Source: Octopus sinensis (lineage: Eukaryota). Taken from it: a stretch of DNA of 46,710 bases. Within the stretch, counting starts at the first letter, position 1, and every line of letters begins with the position of its first letter. Made by a program: the position numbers and the translations under genes. Shown piece by piece: positions 12,631 through 24,061 of the stretch. The notes beneath the pieces were generated by a model, which saw nothing but the letters and a program-made list of their open reading frames with translations, was not told the origin of the DNA and did no database searches. Where the stretch lies: positions 1-46,710 of the forward strand of contig NW_021834576.1 of assembly GCF_006345805.1 (NCBI RefSeq), given 5' to 3'.

Positions 12631-12907
12631 GTGTAAAGTTTTTTTGCCAACATAACATGGCAGTCCTGGTGGAGGACGAATGCTGCTGTAATTAAGCCCC
12701 AGGAGATATCGTCTCCAGCTGGCTATACGACATGTTTTTGTCCTTATATTTTCGAACAAGGGAATCCAGCACCACCCTTGTTCGAAAATATAAGGACTCA
12801 GATCGTGTTGTATAGTGATCTGGAGACGGTGTCTCCTGGGGTTAAACTACAGCAACATTCATCCTAAACCAGGACTGCCGTATTATGTTGGCAAAAATCT
12901 TTACTCC
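12631..12907. mobile_element. ~280-bp fold-back (long inverted repeat) element, probably a MITE
   Basis: Arms of about 120-130 bp with roughly 20 differences counted by eye. Innermost 23 bp are perfect (12740-12762 / 12775-12797) around a 12-nt loop. No clear TSD. Confidence 0.85.
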
Positions 12908-14556
12908 AAAGTACAGTTGTTGAATATCTCTCGTTGAGAAATTTAAAAATAGTTATTTCACACAAATATGACAAGAACATTTTTTAGCCGGTTTCACCAG
13001 TCCCGCGTTCTTTTTTCTCCATTTGTAAATACTCACGGGAACTAAATATTGAGTTAAAGTATTGTGACTTAGTATTTCATTAAATTGGATTTAGGCTTGG
13101 ATTACGATCATCACAAGGTAGATATCATAAGATTTTATCGCTTAATTAGAAAAGATAGGAGTGTTCATGATCCTTTAGAGGGTCTTACAAATTGATACAA
13201 GGGAGAAAGAAAGACAACGTCAATTTAGTGGCCCTTATTTGATGCCCAGGATAATACGCAGGGGCGGGGTTAAACCGGGTGACAAATGGAGTCTACAACT
13301 CAAGCGTGCCATGGAAGGATTCGAAGGTAGAATGCAAAGAAGCGCCAAAATATGCGTTGGGTATAAATATAGAACAATTATTGGAAAACTTTACTTAACG
13401 AAGAATTGAAATTTTGTAATAGCGCAGTCCATCTGTGGGTGGGACATGTACCATGCGGCTCGCTAAGTTAGAAGGCTGTGCATGCTTGATTTTGTGTAAT
13501 GGACAGTAAGCATGGCCTTCTTTAATTTCAAAGACTAAGAAACCAAAATTCACTGCTTCAAGTAGACAAGACAAAAGATGCAACAGAAGGCTTGAATTTC
13601 CCTGCATAAATTCAATGGCACGCACACACAGGGCTCGTCAACGAAGCCTTTTCCTGGGTGACGTGTTGCGCTGATGTACGAATGAATCAGGTACGGCAGG
13701 ATTAATTTCACTTGGCCGTCGAATTGAATACGAAGAATTCTTTCATGTGTTGCAAAAATCAATTAGTTTCGTATTTAAAAGTTCAATGTAACATCACATT
13801 TAGTACATTCAGTACCTCAAAGACACATCTACACGCACAGCAATCCAAGAATACACATATGTATGCATGTATGTATATATGCATGTGCATGTGAAAAAGA
13901 GAATTCTGTGCGTTTGTACACACAAACACACATATACATATACATATGTGAATATATACGTATATACATACGTGTGTGTGGGGGGGGGAGTGTACATGGT
14001 TATATGTATGTATTTCTCAATTTATATATATCTATATCTATCTATATATATGTATATATATATATGTATATATGTATATATATATCTGCACTCATATATG
14101 TGTGCGAAAATGTGTGTTTGTATGTGACAACATGTGTGTATCTCTTACTACTATGGTTGTGTAAATAGTAACATAAATATAGGTGGATAAAATAATGTCT
14201 AGACGCATACACACACACACACACACTCAAACATATACATGCACACATATTAATGGTATTTTATATGAGTATCTACTATATATGTACTATGCAAGTTTAT
14301 ATAGAGTCAATTTAATATATAAAATGGTATTATTAATACAATGGAAACAGAATTGGCCGACGCAACACTAGTGTGTGTATGATTTTGTAAGTGTAAATGA
14401 AAGAAGGGAAAGTTCATGGTTTTTACCAAAACCATTAGCAATTTATGTGAAATAATTCCACGTCTGGGAAAGCCAAATCAATTAATCAATCAATCAGTCA
14501 ATCAATATATGAAAAACCACAGAGAAATGGTCATATATATGTGTGTGTTTACACAA

Positions 14557-14604
<48 letters not shown>

Positions 14605-14860
14605 GTACTTATGTATGAATGTATGTATGTATCAATCTATCTATCTATATATCTATCTCTCTGTATATACCAACATATGTATCCATATATGTGTGCGTGC
14701 GTGTATGCGTGCGTGTATGCGTCTGTATGTGTGTGTAACAATATGTATATATAATGTATGAATACACGCGTATATATTGTTATATACACACAAATTTAAG
14801 TATATATCCGTAATTATATTATGTAAGTATATATAGGTTTGTTTATATAAAGATATTTCT

Positions 14861-14907
<47 letters not shown>

Positions 14908-15084
14908 GCATGGCCACAGCTCGTGAGCTGAAACTAGATAGAATAAAAATAAAATAAAAAAAATATATATATGTATGTATATAGTGTGTGAGAGAGTGTG
15001 TTGTATGTATGTATATACAAATATATCTATCTAACTATTCTATCTATATATTTCTCTCTCTCTCTCTCTCGCTCTCTCTCTTTC

Positions 15085-15130
<46 letters not shown>

Positions 15131-15624
15131 ATGTTATGTGTACTAATGCATGCATCTACACGCGCACGCACATACATTTCTAGACATATAATATAGGTTT
15201 ACGCTAGCAGCATGATCGACGTTTGTAAATTGTGCTAAAAATATAGGAACACAGCAAGAATTCATGGAATAGTACAAACAGAAGCAACAACAAAAACGAG
15301 AACAACAGCAACAACGGCAATCACCAGAACGACCCTGAGGTTATTGGCAAACATATCACTAATGTAATGTGATGGATTCTATAGCCACAGCGAGGCCAGT
15401 CTCCCTTTCAAATACTCAGCCATTATGAAAATAAAAGTAACATGGAATTCCTGGAACTTAGAACTGCATGTCAGTTATTTATTAGCTTTGCCACTGTTTC
15501 TCATCACGGACCATATTTTGGTTGATGAAATGGGTATCAAACTGTCTACCGTTTCAGATCATACCCTGACTACTGGCTGAATTCGTTATAAGCATTCGGT
15601 ATATTCGTATATACTTTTATTGTT

Positions 15625-15874
15625 TTTTTTCATTCTCTTATTTGTTCCAGTCATTCGACTGCGGCCATGCTGAAGCACCGCCTTTAGTCGAACAAATCTA
15701 TCCCAGTACTTATTCTCTGTAAGCCTAGTACTTATATTTTATCGGTTTCATTTGCCGAAACGCTAAGTTACGGCGACATAAAAACACCAACATCGGTTGT
15801 CAAATGATAGTAGGAGCACACACACACATATATATATATACGACAGGTTTCTTCCAGTTTCCGTCTACCAAATC
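15625..15874 (-). mobile_element. SINE type A, 5' head missing
   Basis: GACTGCGGCCATGCTGAAGCACCGCC...CATCGGTTGTCAA...CAGTTTCCGTCTACCAAATC matches 5480-5730. Confidence 0.85.
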
Positions 15875-16160
15875 GAAAAGGAGTGATGTTTCATCAGGAG
15901 AATGCGTGACCCACACTGCAAAGATCACACCACAGAAGATCGAAAAGCTTGGTTGGGAAAAGAATTCCTCATCCACCTTATTCCCCCGACCTTGCTCCTT
16001 CAGACAACCTCTTGTTTCGTAGTTTACAAAATCATTTGGGGGACATAACTATCGCAAGCCAGGAGGAGGTCGAAACTGACATTTCAGAGTTCTTCGCTTT
16101 GAAACGAAAAGAGTTTTACATTGATGGGATTAAAAAGCTTGTAAATAGATGGAAGGAAGT
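15875..16160 (+). pseudogene. Mariner (DD34D) transposase C-terminal fragment
   Basis: KGVMFHQENA*/HTAKITPQKIEKLGWE/IPHPPYSPDLAPSDNLLFRSLQNHL...GIKKLVNRWKEV. Contains the YSPDLAPSD motif; two frameshifts. Confidence 0.92.
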
Positions 16161-16301
16161 CTGCACGTAAACACGCGCATAAAAAACATACATAGATATG
16201 TATATAGTTGTCAAAGGTACACTCATGTCTTGCCCCTTTATCCTGTTTTCTCTTTCTGACTCTATTTTTATAAAGGGTACTTCCTATTTATCAGTCTACG
16301 T

Positions 16302-16463
16302 CAGGAGTCCCCAAACCTTTTAGACCATCGACCCCCACGCATGCACAAGAAATTAGATAAATAAATAAATAATAATAATAATGAAGTAGATGTGCATTTA
16401 TCGAACCCTTGAATAGCCGTATCGACCGTCAGGGGTCGATATCGACCACTTTGGAGACACCTG
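16302..16463. mobile_element. hAT (Charlie-like) MITE
   Basis: TIRs CAGGAGTCCCCAAA / TTTGGAGACACCTG. Flanks GTCTACGT and GT-TACGT resemble an 8-bp TSD with one deletion. Internal palindrome GGTCGATATCGACC. Confidence 0.7.
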
Positions 16464-17139
16464 GTTACGTCTTTAGCCTTTTTGTTTTATTTAGATTACA
16501 AATTACTGCGTATTATTCTTAACGCAATTTTTTTTTATGTCTTTACATTTTGTCCTCCAGCTTTGGAATGTTTGTCTACGTGTTGTAACCTCCCACGTTG
16601 TCCAACTCTCCGACTGGTATCGCCCCTATCCCGTCTGTTATATAAAGGCCAAGAAGAATATTAAAATATTAACATGCCATTCGTTTAATATTGGTTCAAA
16701 TAATTTCATACCATTTCGCTTCAACCTACATAACATATATCTGATTATAAGTGAAGAATTAAATTTGACCTGCTTAAATTTATCCATGATTGACTTGTGC
16801 AAAGTCGTACCTATACCAAACAGTTTCCTCTAACGAAGTCTTTTCTCAAAGTTTTGGTCGTCCGAGGGCTAAATAAGACAAAAAATTAAAAAGGAAAAAA
16901 GAAACTTTCAATAATCAGCGTAATGAGACCGAAAACTTGTTTCTGCGAAGCAAAATTCTTCTCCACATAAACATGTCTGCGTTTATTTATATAAAGCAAC
17001 ATCTTCATTTAAAATTTCTTCAAAAAATTGTACCACGTTCTTTTTCTTATTCCTTTGGCAGTTACAAAGTAATCCGCATTTGCCTCTCTTCTCACCCCAC
17101 CCACTAATAACATCAATAACAGTAACAATAACAACGACG

Positions 17140-17200
17140 ACTATCATGATGATGATGATGATGATATTGATCATAATAATAATGATGATGATGATGATGA

Positions 17201-17245
<45 letters not shown>

Positions 17246-17277
17246 TAATAATAATAATAATAATGATGATGATGATG

Positions 17278-17335
<58 letters not shown>
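17140..17335. repeat. (GAT)n/(AAT)n microsatellite
   Basis: Direct reading. Confidence 0.95.
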
Positions 17336-17337
<2 letters not shown>

Positions 17338-17893
17338 CAAATGGGGAAATAATGAGAGTAATAGTAACAATAATATTATTATATTTAAATAATAAAAATA
17401 AAATGTTAAAACTGTAAAGGATGTACAACACCAAGGCGTCCGTCTTACTAGATTTGGAAGCCTTGCTTCGGTTTCTCTGTTTTTATTGATCCAAAAATAA
17501 ATCGTTTTAAACCCTCCCCCCACCACAGCCACGCCAATTCTGCTATTTGCTCCGTATAATGGCCACTGGTGTTTATTTTGAAAGGAATCCAAAAATAATT
17601 AGCTGAAATTATTCAATAATTTGCTTACTGTTCTTTCATTTTGGCCCCTGTCTATCTATATATTTTTTACACACGCACACATACGTGCACACAGGCACAC
17701 ACACACACACACACACACACGCACAAACACACGGACAAACATACACATACACAGACACGTATATGCATATATGTATTTATACATATACTTAAATGTGTAC
17801 ATTTCTACATGTTTATATTGACGTATAGACGTGTATGTTCACATATATACAGATGTATATATATATGCAAATACATACACACACATATATATA

Positions 17894-17943
<50 letters not shown>

Positions 17944-17946
17944 GTG

Positions 17947-17993
<47 letters not shown>

Positions 17994-18391
17994 TTATATA
18001 CTTACACATACAAACTCACACACATTCGTATGCATGTATGTGTGTGTATGTGTGGCTGAGCACGTGAATATATTCTTTGTTAGTTTCCTATACTTTGTAA
18101 CAATTGGACTCTTACAAATTTCTGCTTGTTTTTCATTCTTTTGCTCTCGTTAAAATTCCACCAACAAACAAAACTCACAATACACCATACGCATTCCCAC
18201 ACACACACACACCCTCACACATACACACAAGGAAGCACAGAGACACAGAAAAACATTCATACATGCATGCACACCAAATCCACACCATGATGATATTTGG
18301 GGATACACACATATGCACACATCGCAGCATGGACTCAGCAGACTTCTAGCCAAAAATTAGAACGATGAAAGAATATGCGATCAATATGTTC

Positions 18392-18486
<95 letters not shown>

Positions 18487-18589
18487 CGTGTGTGTGTTTT
18501 GTATATATGTGTATGTATGTATAGTACATATTGGTTACTAACGTAATTAGAATATTTAAAAAAAAAGATGAAATATCTGTAGTTGTAGT

Positions 18590-18618
18590 ATTAGCAGCAT
18601 CGGCAGCAGCAGTAGTAC

Positions 18619-18675
<57 letters not shown>

Positions 18676-18836
18676 GAAGAGGAGGAAGGGGATGACGAGG
18701 AGGAGGATGCAGATGCAGAGGGGCAGGAGTAGAAGTTGTAGAAGAAGAAGAAGAAGAAGAAGAAGAAGAAGAAGAAGAAGAAGAAGAAGAAGAAGAAGAA
18801 GAAGAAGAAGAAGAAGAAGAAGACGACGACGACGAC
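18590..18836. repeat. Compound (GTA)n - GA-rich - (GAA)27 - (GAC)n microsatellite
   Basis: (GAA)n runs 18741-18821. The poly-S/T/R ORFs are artefacts. Confidence 0.95.
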
Positions 18837-19196
18837 TTCACAGTGTCGTATTATTGTATATTATTTGTCCTCAAATTTCCAAGAAAAGTATATTGCATGA
18901 AAAATGAGGAGGTCTCCGTCCAGTATGCACTCTCACACACACAGTCACACAGAGATACACACTTACTCAAACATACGAACATACACACACATACACTTAA
19001 ACACACTCAAGTCCTCACACATAGACCCACACACGCATACATACTATAACTGCTCACCAGGGTGTTGAGTTGATGCAAGCGTATCTTGAAAGAGCTCTCT
19101 ATGTGGCCTATGTAACTTGCCGTAGACGTTAACGTGCTCTTTTCTCCAGACGCTTGACATTTGAGAAGTGGCATTCTATATTTTAATAAATATATA

Positions 19197-20015
19197 TGAG
19201 GGGGTACCCAAAAGAAACCGGAATATTATTTTATTAGCTTAGATTTTCATGTTTACACTTTTATCGTCTTCAAAATATTCTCCATTTGAAGCAATGCGTC
19301 GGTCCAGACGCTTTTACCGCTGTTCGTAGCACTGCTGGAACTCTTGCGAAATGAAGCCTTTTAACACCTCCGTTTTTATTTATTTTCCCCTGTTCCGCAT
19401 CAGCAAATCCGTAGCACCAGCTTTTGTCACACTTGACTGCTTTTGATCTTACGTGAGCAAGCGAGACACATATTTTGCTGCTACTCCTTTCATTAGCAAT
19501 TCCCCGCTCAAAATTCGTTGGCAAAAGCTCCAGAACACACCAGTCATATCAAGTTCGTCAATTGTTCGGTGACGGTTCTACAAGATGAGTTCATGAATAT
19601 TCATGATGTTTTCATTCCTTCGAGAGGTCGACAGTCGTCCTGAACGAGGTTGATCTTCATGCGACAAGTGACCATCTTTAAAGCGTGAAAACCACTCGCA
19701 GACTTGTGTCATGATCACGTGTCCTCGTAAGCAGTTTGAAGCATGACAACTGTTTCGGCCACACATTTCCGCAGTAGAAAACAGAATTTCACGGAAGCAC
19801 GTTGTTCTTTCGTTTCAGCCATGCAAAAAACCGACGAATAGGGGAGAAGCACTGCAAAATAAAGAAGCACCAAGTGGCAGAACGTCGCAATACAACAACG
19901 CCTGTCGGCAGACTGATGCCTGGGGGTTGCATCAAGTGGTTTCTAGAGGTGAAAGCCTGAACTATCACAGGCTTTTCCCACTGAGAACGTTTCCGGTTAT
20001 TTTTAGGTACCCTTA
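19197..20015 (-). mobile_element. Internally deleted mariner transposon with both TIRs and TA TSD
   Basis: Left TA|TGAGGGGGTACCCAAAAGAAACCGGAA; right (reverse complement) TA|TAAGGGTACCTAAAAATAACCGGAA. Minus-strand ATG at 19822: MAETKEQRASVKFCFLL...CEWFSRFKDGHLSHEDQPRSGRLSTS...DKSWCYG, then a jump to the C-terminal IASNGEYFEDD. Confidence 0.9.
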
Positions 20016-20029
20016 TATTCCGCTCTCTT

Positions 20030-20347
20030 TGCGTTACATTATTTACATTTGACGGATATTTGTTCTCATCTTTTTGGTTGTTAACACAATGTTTCGGCTG
20101 ATGTACCCTCCAGCCATCAGCAAGTGTTTTGAAGTAAATTTTGAACCTGGTTTCTACTTCCTAAGGCAATCTTCGATGTTGTTGTTGTTGTTGTTGTTAT
20201 TATTATTATTATTATCATTATTATTATTCAGTTGACTCTCAGAAATCGAATTCGGAATCTTGGGGCTAGTAGCCCGCGCTCTTAACCACTACGCCATATG
20301 CCCACGGGCATATGTAAATAAGGTACATAATTCCTCATCTCTTAAAT
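20030..20347 (-). mobile_element. SINE-like unit: tRNA-derived head + (AAT/AAC)n + body with hammerhead-like motif
   Basis: Head GGGCATATGGCGTAGTGGTTAAGAGCGCGGGCTACTAGCCCCAAGATTCCGAATTCGATTTC (A box and degenerate B box) at 20303-20240. Hammerhead-like motif lies downstream on the same strand. That these parts form one unit is inferred. Confidence 0.65.
20083..20128 (-). ncRNA. Degenerate minimal type-I hammerhead-like motif
   Basis: AACAC UUGCUGA U GGCUG-GAGGGUACAU-CAGCC GAAAC AUU|GUGUU. Helices I and II are each 5 perfect bp. The core has C3U and A6C changes and G16.2A, so it is probably inactive. Confidence 0.6.
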
Positions 20348-20751
20348 ATAGAACTGTATCTCTTTACGCTGTTTGTTATATTAACGCATTTCATTTCGTA
20401 CTCTTCGTAGATCAATGGCTCCTTTAAATAATATATTTGTCGAGCAACACGTGAAATATTTTGACGTTTAGGACATGCGTTCCGATTAGAAGTAAAATAT
20501 GATTACCAAGAGTGCCAATCTTTTAATACCAATCTTGAATGTTGGTTTAAATCATGAAAAGTTTTTCATAACATATTCGGACTGTTAGATGCTGTTAGTA
20601 AATGCTCTATTGTAACAAGTCGTGGACTATGTTATAGGCACCGGTGCCTATTACACAATCCACGTGCACTACATCCATATATATGGTGCACTACGACCAT
20701 ATATAAAACGGTGCCATTAAGGTGTCAACCGTGGTGTTCTAGGTATGTTAC

Positions 20752-20820
20752 CTGTCCAGTTCTAGTATTGTTGAGATAGCTGAATTGGATATTCGTCTAC
20801 GTACGGATGCTGCTGGGTTT
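20752..20820 (-). CDS. Candidate 69-nt internal exon (xNPAASVRRRISNSAISTILELDx), unidentified gene
   Basis: CTAAT branch-like motif about 30 nt upstream, CTTTCTCAAG acceptor, CAG|GTAAC donor. Length is divisible by 3, symmetric phase 2-2, only one frame open. Confidence 0.4.
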
Positions 20821-21404
20821 CTTGAGAAAGTTATTACATTTTGAGATTAGTTTAAACTTGATGTCCGTGTGGTTTGCCGTCGAAAATCAAAAACACACAC
20901 ACGAAATCACGAACGTCTTATGAACAGACTTAAATAACTTAAAAACTTTTAAGAAAGGCAGGACGTGCTGCGAATTCTGTCTTACAGATAATCTTCACAC
21001 TAACCACCGCTGTACCATAATCTTAAGTTTAAAAACGCTAATAAATCCTGATTTCCCATAACATGCGCTATGAGGATTTCAAAAAATCTCTGCCTCTTTT
21101 ATTATAGCTTAGAAGTGATATTGTACATCGTCTCGACCGCAAAATTAATAAATCGCGAATCATTACAGTTTGGCGTGCCAAAGTTTTCATTTCTATTATA
21201 ATGCTCATAATGGCGTGTGGTTATTACTTTGGTTTATACGTATTGTGCTATATATAAAGGATTTTATATATCATGGGATTGCAAGAAGACATTAGGCAAA
21301 TTTTAAATCTGATACACATGAAATACACTTGACATTACCTAGTCATGCCTATAGTCACTCTATCAATTTTTCAAACGCGCTAAATTCAACCAAATACATA
21401 CAAG

Positions 21405-21560
21405 CATGCATACATACATACATACATACATACATACATACATACATACATACATACATACATACATACATACGTACGTACGTACGTACATACATACATG
21501 CATGCATGCATACATGCATACATACATATATACACACACATACATTCATACATACATACA
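21405..21560. repeat. (TACA)n microsatellite
   Basis: Direct reading. Confidence 0.95.
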
Positions 21561-21574
21561 TGCATACAGTCATA

Positions 21575-21835
21575 CTCTATTCAGATTACAACTTCAGGTT
21601 TATACCTCTAATTATCGGAGCCCTGGAATATGTAACACACTGTCTAAATACTAATCTTGAGAAATTAGGCTTCTCAAAACCAGAAAAGAGAAAGCTAATT
21701 CGAAGTCTACAGATCCAGTCCATCACTGGAACTGTAAAAATCTGTAAAACTTTCCAGGTGTTTATCATTTAAATATATATATATATGAGCATATCGAGAA
21801 TACATACATAAAAGAAAAGATACAAATCTGCACAT
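21575..21835 (+). mobile_element. C-terminal fragment of another restriction-like-endonuclease LINE, between (TACA)n tracts
   Basis: YSDYNFRFIPLIIGALEYVTHCLNTNLEKLGF...LQIQSITGTVKICKTF. The IPxIIGALG-like motif is shared with the Dong-type C-termini in this window. Confidence 0.6.
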
Positions 21836-21983
21836 ATATATACATACATACACACAACCATATGCATTTGTATATATGTGTATGTATGCATGTATTTATG
21901 TATGTATCCATGCATGTATGCATGTATGTATGTATCTATCTATCTATGTATCTAACTCGCTCTGTCCACCCTCTTATCCGCAG

Positions 21984-22135
21984 CTCTTGGTGGTCCAAAT
22001 CGGATATGCAATCTATGTGGGTGTCTTTTCAAAACAATGTCTGGTTTGAAAAGCTACATCAGATGCCATGATGGTTCTAAGGTGTAGACGTACAGGAGGT
22101 GGCCAAACTCTGCATAAGGAGTAGACAATCAGCAT
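21984..22135 (+). mobile_element. C2H2-like zinc-finger tail, probably the 3' end of an RTE-type LINE
   Basis: LGGPNRICNLCGCLFKTMSGLKSYIRCHDGSKV* (C-x2-C-x12-Y-x3-H; first His replaced by Tyr). Stop at 22087, then a short UTR and a (CA)n tract. Confidence 0.5.
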
Positions 22136-22579
22136 ACACACACACACACACATATATATAAATACATATATATATATATATCTAACCTCTCCACTTCGTA
22201 CATCTTCCCTGATTGTCTCCTCCCTCATTCAAACGAGACGTCTTGGTCCACAGATTCTTCCCTAGCTCAACCTCCCAAGCCGGGTCGATCTCCTGTTTCC
22301 GCCCACGCTACAGCACTTGCCCTTACCTCTCCAACACGACTCTCCTCACCGGCCACATTTGTTTTCGTATTTCATAATCCCTGACTTACAGTTGTAGAGA
22401 GTATATAATAATTAACCTAAGTTCAGAGATGTGAGAGGTAATATAATTGTACTATATGTTAACTGTTTCGTAATGTGTATATAAATATACATATAGAATT
22501 CTCGTCAGAACGTTAATGGGTAGAAAATAAATATTTTATCTTTTACTTCTCTTAATTTTGGTTAATTATTATACTCTCA

Positions 22580-22646
<67 letters not shown>

Positions 22647-23084
22647 TTTCATCTTTATTCAAGTTGTGTTTTGCTATATGTACATGGAATAGATACGTTT
22701 ATAGACGAAGAAACATATTTCATCCTACTCGCTAGGGAAGAAATTATTTATTCCTCATAACGTGATAAATAATGAGTGAACAATAAAGCAATATATATTT
22801 CAACTGATACACTATCAGCTTTGGCCAGCATTCATGGGAAGTTTACGCATAAATCATTCGTTTGTCTGCTATTGATCCTGTATGCTTGAAAATCCTCAAG
22901 CAAACGTTTTTTGCTGTACCAACATTTAAGGACTTTTAAATAAAACTATATGAACTTTTTAAAGATTTCTTCCAAAACATTTGTGGTTTGGAGGAAAAAG
23001 TTGGATTGAAACGACAAAACTTATAAAGAGTTTTGCCATCGTTGGTCGCCGTACCAAGAACACTTTCCACCTCTACATGTATAT

Positions 23085-23310
23085 ATACTCTATTATTTCT
23101 CTATTTTTCATTTGTTTCACTCATTTGATTGCGGTCATGCTGGAGCATGGCCTTCAAAGATTTTAGTGGGACAACTCAACCCACAGGATTTATATTTTCA
23201 GCCTAGTACTTATTCTATCACCCTCTTTTGCCGAATCACAAGGGTACGAAGGCGTAAACACACAAACATCGGTTGTCAAGCGGTGATGCAGATCAAACAC
23301 AAAGACACAT
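23085..23310 (-). mobile_element. SINE type A, decayed 3' half
   Basis: GCGGTCATGCTGGAGCA...CCTAGTACTTATTCTATC...CATCGGTTGTCAAG matches 5480-5640. Confidence 0.8.
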
Positions 23311-23575
23311 ACACATAAACGTATTCATACAAAGAAAGATATATATAGACAACTTATAAATAAGGGCAACCGAAAAAATTTCTAATGCCAAATATGCTGA
23401 AATTAGACACCCTGTCCATAACCACATAATTTATCACAATACGCACGCTACTCAATAAAAAGTCGACAGAAATCTCTAAAAAGTTCCTTTATTACCATAT
23501 CGGACCGATTTCATGGTTAATTCGTAAGAACCCTCCCTTCGTTGTTGTTGTTATCATTATTATTATTATTATTAT

Positions 23576-24061
23576 TCAGTAGTTTTATTTTTATAGCGTG
23601 CTTTCACTTCACTACCGAGCGCAGCTCTGTGTGCCTTGGGTATGTGCTGTGATTTGTTGTGATGCTCTGATGGTTATTGTATGGAAAGTGTTCTGTGTAG
23701 GATGTGTGCGGTGCCTAGTAGTGCAATTTTCTGTATGTTATATGTGTTTGTAAGTCCTGCTGTTTTTGTTATGTATTTGTCTGAATATTTTGTTATCATG
23801 CCTAATGCACCTACTATGATAGGAATTGTTTCTGTTTTCAGATTCCACATTCTAGTTACCTCTATTTCCAGGTCTTTGTATTTTGAGAGTTTCTCCATTT
23901 CTTTTAGAGACACGTTGTCATCTGCCGGTATTGATACATCAATTAGAAAGCATTTTTTTTCTTCATGATCTCTGACAACTATATCTGGTCTGTTGGCCTT
24001 AATTTGTCTATCTGTGTGTATCGGCATATCCCAGAGTATGGTTGCTTTCTCTGCTTTCTCG

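Noticed and set aside
12975-13000. GAAACCGGCT on minus, similar to a hammerhead helix III
   Set aside because: Triplet is GCU, not NUH, and there is no core or helix II upstream.
20240-20303. tRNA-like sequences here and at 5790-5853, 27250-27319, 39855-39925
   Set aside because: No complete cloverleaf or acceptor stem; they are SINE heads, not tRNA genes.
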